Source: Chrysemys picta bellii (taxonomy: Eukaryota). Taken from it: a DNA stretch of 64,000 nt. The DNA is taken from assembly GCF_011386835.1 (NCBI RefSeq), contig NC_088810.1, positions 10,354,001 to 10,418,000 on the forward strand, read 5' to 3'. Below the pieces are notes generated by a model. It did not search any database and was not told the origin of the DNA. It saw only the letters and a list, made by a program, of their open reading frames with translations. Each line of letters starts with the position of its first letter. Position 1 is the stretch's first letter. The position numbers were made by a program, and so were the translations under genes. This document shows, in pieces, positions 57,568 through 64,000 of this stretch.

Positions 57568-59609
57568 GAGTTGAGCTAGAGCGGAGCTCAAAGTACAGTA
57601 ACTTCCCCAACCTTTGCTAGGGCCTGTCAGGTGTTTAAATGCAGGGCCTCTGATCTGAATCCGAGACTAGATAGGAGCGGGGATTCCAGAACGATGGTGA
57701 GCTGAGACGTTCCGGCCTAGGGAACCAGTTGGAAAATGTTACTGTGCAAAAGGGCATAAACCCATTCTAGAGCAGGGGGTCTCTAACTTTTTCTGGCTGA
57801 GCCCCACTTTGAAAATATTTCAGGCTGTGACAACCCCACTCCCACCCCCACAAATTGACAGCAAATCACTGGACATACTAGTCAGAGAAGACTAAATGAA
57901 GCATGTCGGCATTATCCCTGCAGTCAATGGCACTGAAGCCCCCAGTGGCTTCCCTACGCTGCCCAGGCCAGAGATCAGCTCACTCTGCCGCATCTGTCTG
58001 GGCCTCGCTGGCGCACTCCACCCCGGTGCCTAGCTGGTCACGACCTGGGCTGGCAGGAGCCTGCATTGGCTTCAGCTCTGTCCTCGTCTCTCTCTGGCCT
58101 GGCTGTAAACTGTCCTCCTACATCCCCACTGCTGCTGAGCTGTAATGAAAGTGAAACCTCGTCCTGTCCGAGGTGTATGGCACTGCCGCCCTTGCTCCTG
58201 CGCGGCTCCGGGAACTGGCAATGCCTTCAGTGCTGGGCGGCCGGAGAGCTGTATCCCTCTCTCCCTGGCAGTGTCCTTGAAATATGGTACTAGATCTCGC
58301 AACCCCCCTACGATAGCCTCGCCACCCCCTTTTGGGGCGTGACCAATGTTCCCTCTAATTTTTTACGTCCATGTGCAGAATAAATTGTATTATGTGCCCC
58401 AATATGGAGGTGATCTGTGGCAGGAGTGGGGCCGAGGGGTTTGGAGTGTGAGATGGGGCTCAGGGCTGGGGCAGAGGGTTGGAGTGCAGGGGGTGAGGGC
58501 TCTGGCTGGGGGTGCAGGCTCTGGGGTGGGGCCAGGGATGAGGGGTTTGGGTTGCAGGAATTTAGCTCGGGAGCCCAAGGTTGAGAAACGCTGTTTTAGA
58601 GAATAAACAGAAATCGCATCCCCGCTAGGGAACGGGGAGGGAATTGCCACGAAAGGTTCCTATTGGCCATTCCATTCTACAGGTGGATTTACTAGGAATC
58701 ATTTCTGTGAAACTCTTCTCATCACCTCCGACCCCTGGGGTTTGAACCAGGCAATCTGTGACCCAGCAAAACCTGGGGCAGCCCAATCAGTCCAGAATTG
58801 CTGTAGGTTCCCAAGGCCCCAACATTTTTGGAAAAAATTGTCCCAGTCTCAAGTTGGACTGAAAAGTCGAAACTCTCCAATGTTTCCATGAGCCGAACTT
58901 TTTCTTCAGTTCCAATCCCTCAAACCGTTTCCTTTCAATCGTTTAGAAATGTCTCATCTCAAGTTTGGACCTTTGCCCCCTCGACGTGTGAATTGGCTCA
59001 AATTTCTAACCAAAAAGTTGTTTTAACTGGAGAAAAAAATGAAGCTTTGGAGTTCAACAATATCCAACCCTGTTAACAAATGTTGGGAGTCGGGTGTTTC
59101 CAAGTTTTGGTTTCTACTTTTTTTGGTGGAAAGCTCCCTGTTTTGTTGCAAACTTCCCACGCAGCTCTGCCCCAAGGGTAACATTTACTAGCCAGGTTTT
59201 TAGTTTTTAAGGGCCTGGCTGGCTTTTGTTATGTGGTTACCAAAGGTTAGAGGTGCTGTTTACCGAGTGATTTCTTCTTCAACAAAGTGTTTTATTATCA
59301 GCTCTTTCATATGTCCTTGTAATATCCTGGTGCAGAAGAGAACCACCAGCCACACAGAGCAACTTGTTCATACTGGGCAATTTTCATCCACAGCTCTCAA
59401 AGATCCCACTCCCCTCCCAGATCTGGGGAGAGAACTCAGGAGTCCTGGCTCCCAGCCCCTCCCCACACCATTCTAATCCATGGGATCCCACTCCCCGCCC
59501 AGAGCGTGGGCTAGAATCCAGGAGTCCGGACTCTCAACACCCTCCTGCACAGGGCCAACTCCAGGGTTTTTGCCGCTCCAAGCAACAAACAAAGGTCAGC
59601 TCCCAGATT

Positions 59610-61247
59610 GCTGCACTGGGCAGTACAGCATGGGGAGAAGGTGACCAGCCCTCTGTGGAGAAAGAAGTGGTTTGGCACTATTTAGAAAAACTGGACGTGC
59701 ACAAGTCCATGGGGCCGGATGCGCTGCATCCGAGGGTGCTAAAGGAGTTGGCGGGTGAGATTGCAGAGCCATTAGCCATTATTTTTGAAAACTCCTGGCG
59801 ATCGGGGGAGGTCCCAGATGACTGGAAAAAGGCTAATGTAGTGCCCATCTTTAAAAAAGGGAAGAAGGAGGATCCGGGGAACTACAGGCCAGTCAGCCTC
59901 ACCTCAGTCCCTGGAAAAATCATGGAGCAAGTCCTCAAGGAATCAATTATGAAACATTTAGAGGAGAGGAAAGTGATCAGGAACAGTCAGCATGGATTCA
60001 TGAAGGGGAAGTCGTGCCTGACTAACCTAATTGCCTTCTATGATGAGATAACTGGCTCTGTGGATGAGGGGAAAGCAGTGGATGTGTTATTCCTTGACTT
60101 TAGCAAAGCTTTTGATACGGTCTCCCACAGTATTCTTGCCGCCAAGTTAAAGAAGTATGGGCTGGATGAATGGACTGTAAGGTGGATAGAAAGCTGGCTA
60201 GATCGTCGGGCTCAACGGGTAGTGATCAATGGCTCCATGTCTAGTTGGCAGCCAGTTTCAAGCAGAGTGCCCCAAGGGTTGGTCCTGGGGCCGGTTTTGT
60301 TTAATATCTTTATTAATGATCTGGAGGATGGTGTGGACTGCACTCTCAGCAAGTTTGCAGATGACACTAAACTAGGAGGCGTGGTAGATACACTAGAGGG
60401 TAGGGATCGGATACAGAGGGACCTAGACAAATTAGAGGATTGGGCCGAAAAAAACCTGATGAGGTCCAACAAGGACAAGTGCAGAGTCCTGCACTTAGGA
60501 CAGAAGAATCCCATGCACTGCTACAGACTAGGGACCGAATGGCTAGGTAGCAGTTCTGCAGAAAAGGACCTAGGGGTTACAGTGGACGAGAAGCTGGATA
60601 TGAGTCAACAGTGTGCTCTTGTTGCCAAGAAGGCTAACGGCATTTTGGGCTGTATAAGTAGGGGCATTGCCAGCAGATCAAGGAATGTGATAGTTCTCCT
60701 TTATTCGACATTGGTGAGGCCTCATCTGGAATACTGTGTCCAGTTTTGGTCCCCACACTACAAAAAGGATGTGGAAAAATTGGAAAGAGTCCAGCAGAGG
60801 GCAACAAAAATGATTAGGGGTCTGGAGCACATGACTTATGAGGAGAGGCTGAGGGAACTGGGATTGTTTAGTCTGCAGAAGAGAAGAATGAGGGGGGATT
60901 TGATAGCAGACTTCAACTACCTGAAGGGGGGTTCCAAAGAGGATGGAGCTCAGCTGTTCTCAGTGGTGGCAGATGACAGAACAAGGATCAATGGTCTCAA
61001 GTTTCAGTGGGGGAGGTCCAGGTTGGATATCAGGAAAAACTATTTCAGTAGGAGGGTGGTGAAACACTGGAATGCGTTACCTAGGGAGGTGGTGGAGTCT
61101 CCTTCCTTGGAGGTTTTTAAGGCCCGGCTTGACAAGGCCCTGGCTGGGATGATTTAGCTGGGAATTGGTCCTGCTTTGAGCAGGGGGTTGGACTAGATGA
61201 CCTCTTGAGGTCCCTTCCAACCCTGATATTCTATGATTCTATGATTC
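59610..61247 (+). mobile_element. 5'-truncated CR1 LINE with an uninterrupted RT frame (to 61157)
   Basis: [16 protein letters not shown]...[11 protein letters not shown]...FADDTKLGG...LDKALAGMI; (ATTCTATG)n tail. Confidence 0.95.
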
Positions 61248-62230
61248 AAACAAACAAAAAAAGCCACGATCGCGATCAGCTCTACCGCTGCTGCTTTAGT
61301 CTTTGTCGGCAATTTGGCGGCAGGTCCTTGGCTCTGAGAGGGAGTGAGGGACTCGCTGTCGAATTGCTGCCGAAGAACCGGACGTGCCGCCCCTGTCCTT
61401 TGGCTGCCCCAAGCACCTGCTTGCTGGGCTGGTGCCTGGAGCCGGCCCTGCTCCTGCACTAGATGTCAGATGAAATAAAAGAAATTGGGGTGTGATGAAG
61501 CCAAAGGCCCTCCTGCTTTTCAATTCACATTGCCCCGAGGCATAGGCAGTGCAGCCAGGATGAGGAGTTGGCTGGCATGGGGTGTGGCTGGCCCTCCAGG
61601 GCATGCCCACAATTGCCTGGAGAATGGAGAAGATGGGTGAGGCAGAGAGCACGGGGCAGGGATGAATGGAGCAGGAAGCACAGGGCAGGGGGGGATTCTG
61701 GAAGTGGGGCGGGTTGAGGAACCCTGGCAGCAGGGGAGATGGGCGAGGATCACAGGACAGGGAGCACAGGGTGGGGAGAGCAATGCTGGCAGTGGGGGAA
61801 ACAGGCAGGGGATCTGGCAGCAGGGGGGGCTGGCAGGGTGGAGAGAATAGGTGAGGGGTGGGGGGGATCCCAGCAGCAGGGGAGCACAGGCCGGTGAGGA
61901 TGGGCCAGGGACCTTTGGGGGAGGGAGGCGGGAGTGCAGGCCGGGGAGAACAGGGGGAAGCCCAGGCTGTGGTGGGAGAATGGGGGGGAAAGCAGGTTGT
62001 GGGAAGAGAATGAGGGGGATCGGGGTGGGGGAGGAGCACATGACCATGGACAGGCCCCACATCACTTCAGAAGTCCAGGTCCCAGGGCCCCGTCAGCTCC
62101 CATCTGCCCCATGGCTCCTCATCTGCCCCCAGCTCTGCACCCCGTGCCCCCAGCTCTCCCTGGGGCTCCTGCTGTTCTGGCAGCTCCCCCCATCGGCCTC
62201 ACCCGGGGTCACCACATGCCTGCGCTCCTC

Positions 62231-62704
62231 CTAGGAGAGCGGCTGCCCGTCCCGCTGCTGGTTCCGCAGGTGCCAGTCCTTGCCGATGCCCAGCTTGGGC
62301 AGGCCGCGGTCGAGTCCCTCCAGCAGGACGCAGGCCTTGCACAGGGGCTGGCTGGCCACGTAGCCGCAGCGCTGGCAGGTGCCGCGGGCTGGCATGCGGA
62401 GGTCGGAGCGCAGCGAGAGCCGCTCGCCCGAGTGGCCCAGGTCAGCCACGGCGCTGGGCCGGGCGGCCTCCAGCTCCTTGAGCAGGGCGCAGGCGTAGCC
62501 GCGGTAGGCGTAGACACACTCGGTGCTGAAGTAGTCCAGGCCCTGGAAGTAGGCATAGGGGACAATCTCCTGGTAGGCGTGGCACAGGGACTTGCAACAG
62601 GGCACCCCCCGCCTGCCCTGTTCCCGCCCCCTGGCACAGCCAGCCCATGTCGCCCTGCAGGAAGTTCATCGGCACCGTCTTGGCCACGTCGTCCGCGTTG
62701 TGCC
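62231..62704 (-). pseudogene. CTU1: CTU1 (cytoplasmic tRNA 2-thiolation protein 1) last coding exon, frameshifted
   Basis: Acceptor ctgcAG then GHNADDVAKTV..NFL.GD; frameshift in the G-run near 62605-62612; then [24 protein letters not shown]...[18 protein letters not shown]. Confidence 0.8.
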
Positions 62705-63129
62705 CTGCAGGGAAGAGCGGAGGAGTCAGGCCAAAGTGGTACAGAGCCCTCCACAGCAGATCTCCTGGGGTCCCTTCCTCCCTGCAATAACCCCCAAATC
62801 AGACCCGAGGGTGTCCCCCCTGCCTCCATCCCACAGCACCCCTCGCACACACCTGGGGAGTTCTTGTCCATGCTGAACAGCAACCCGCAGCTGAGGCCCC
62901 TCCCACCTGCCTCCTGGGGCGATCCTGACATCACCCCGGCCCACACAGTCCCGCGCCACATGCTCTCCAGTACCAGTGTGGCCATCTTGCCCATGCCCAG
63001 CAGCAGGACGGCTCCCAAACCCCACCTGAGATCCAACAGCTGCAGGATGAAGCCCGACAAATCCAGAATGGAAATAAGGGGCAGATTTTCCCCAGTAAGG
63101 GCAATTGAGTCTTTCAAATCAAATTCAAA

Positions 63130-63449
63130 TTCATGGAGATATCCTATCTCCTAGAGCTGGAAGGGACCTTGAAAGGTCATCAAGTCCAGGATTGGGGACT
63201 TCAACAGCAGAGTCCAGGGAAGGGGTAGGGACGGTTTTATGGCCTGCAGCATGCAGGGGGTCAGACCAGATGATCATAATGGTCCCTTCTGACCTTAAAG
63301 TCTATGAGTCTAAGTCCAGCCCCCTGCCTTCACTAGCAGGACCGAGTACTGATTTTGGCCCAGATCCCTAAGTGGCCCCCTCAAGGATTGAACTCACAAC
63401 CCTGGGTTTAGCAGGCCAATGCTCAAACCACTGAGCTATCCCTTCCCCC
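63130..63449 (-). mobile_element. tRNA-derived SINE (interrupted)
   Basis: Reverse strand gggatagctcagtggtttgagcattggcctgctaaacccaggg... Confidence 0.85.
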
Positions 63450-63925
63450 TTGGAGTCTTGGAATGACTGCCCCAGGGATGGGGCAGATTCTCCATCCCTG
63501 AGGGTCTTTCCATTGAGATCGGCAGTCTCTCTAAAAGCTCTGTTCTAGCTCCACCATCAGATTTGAGCTTGAAAGCTACAAAGGGGCAGAGTTAAGGGTG
63601 CTCTAGCTCGACATCCAGATCGGGGCTGAGGCAGAGAAACTGAGTCAGAGAGAGGCAAAAGTGACTTCCCTACAGACACCCAGTGACCTGGAAATACAAT
63701 CCAGGTCACTCCTAGGACCCCCACCCTGCTCTAACCACTAAACACCATTCCCCTTCATGACCTGGGGATAGAACCCAGACCCCATCCAGCTCTATCCCAC
63801 TAGCTGATTAGCGGTTGCCAGATGTTTTCAAAGCTGGCCTAGAGGTGGGTGCGTCTATTTATACCAAAGGCTCCCTGGCTCCTGATTCCTACCTTAGCTT
63901 GGGCGCTGGCAGGAAGAGGTGCAGG

Positions 63926-64000
63926 TAGGGTGACCAGATCACCCAAGGCAAATATCGGGACGCGGGGGGAGGGCGGGGGGGGCGTGGCGGGGGGCGTGGC
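63926..64000. mobile_element. Start of another TAGGGTGACC hAT MITE, cut by the window end
   Basis: tagggtgaccagatcacccaaggcaaatatcgggacgcgggg matches the start of 54374. Confidence 0.8.

Larger units (their letters stand above)
41184..58035. repeat. Right arm of the inverted segmental duplication, expanded by post-duplication TE insertions
   Basis: Reverse-complement homology to 972-10128. Confidence 0.95.

Noticed and set aside
59364-59610. N-terminal extension of the 597-aa CR1 ORF as a chimeric gene
   Set aside because: Chance read-through of flanking low-complexity repeat into a 5'-truncated young CR1; no promoter or splice evidence

Overview
Eukaryotic genomic DNA, very likely turtle: the CR1 LINEs, tRNA-derived SINEs sharing CR1 3' ends, Penelope, PIF/Harbinger, hAT and Tigger MITEs are turtle-type (taxon inferred from repeat content). 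The main non-repeat structure is a large, old inverted duplication, with arms at ~1-10.1 kb and ~41.2-58.0 kb around a ~31 kb spacer. Each arm carries a head-to-head pair of single-coding-exon genes. Gene A (221/230 aa) is SMCO3-like with a Gly-rich hydrophobic hairpin. Gene B (277 aa) is a highly divergent relative with the same helical scaffold but a polar segment in place of the membrane helix. Each pair shares a compact intergenic promoter region (~0.35-0.5 kb) with a STAT/GAS motif and non-coding first exons. The spacer holds three copies of a ~350 bp module with adjacent ISRE and GAS motifs, an orphan CpG-island promoter with a splice donor, a decayed full-length Harbinger transposon and a young non-autonomous LTR element with a tRNA-Ala PBS. 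A frameshifted, unprocessed CTU1 last-exon copy lies at the right end. Best candidate for a novel system: an interferon/STAT-inducible two-component SMCO3-family pair (membrane-active A plus soluble B), duplicated as a palindrome, with rapid divergence of the membrane segment. All identities are by-eye estimates and family assignments are from recalled sequences; no searches were run.
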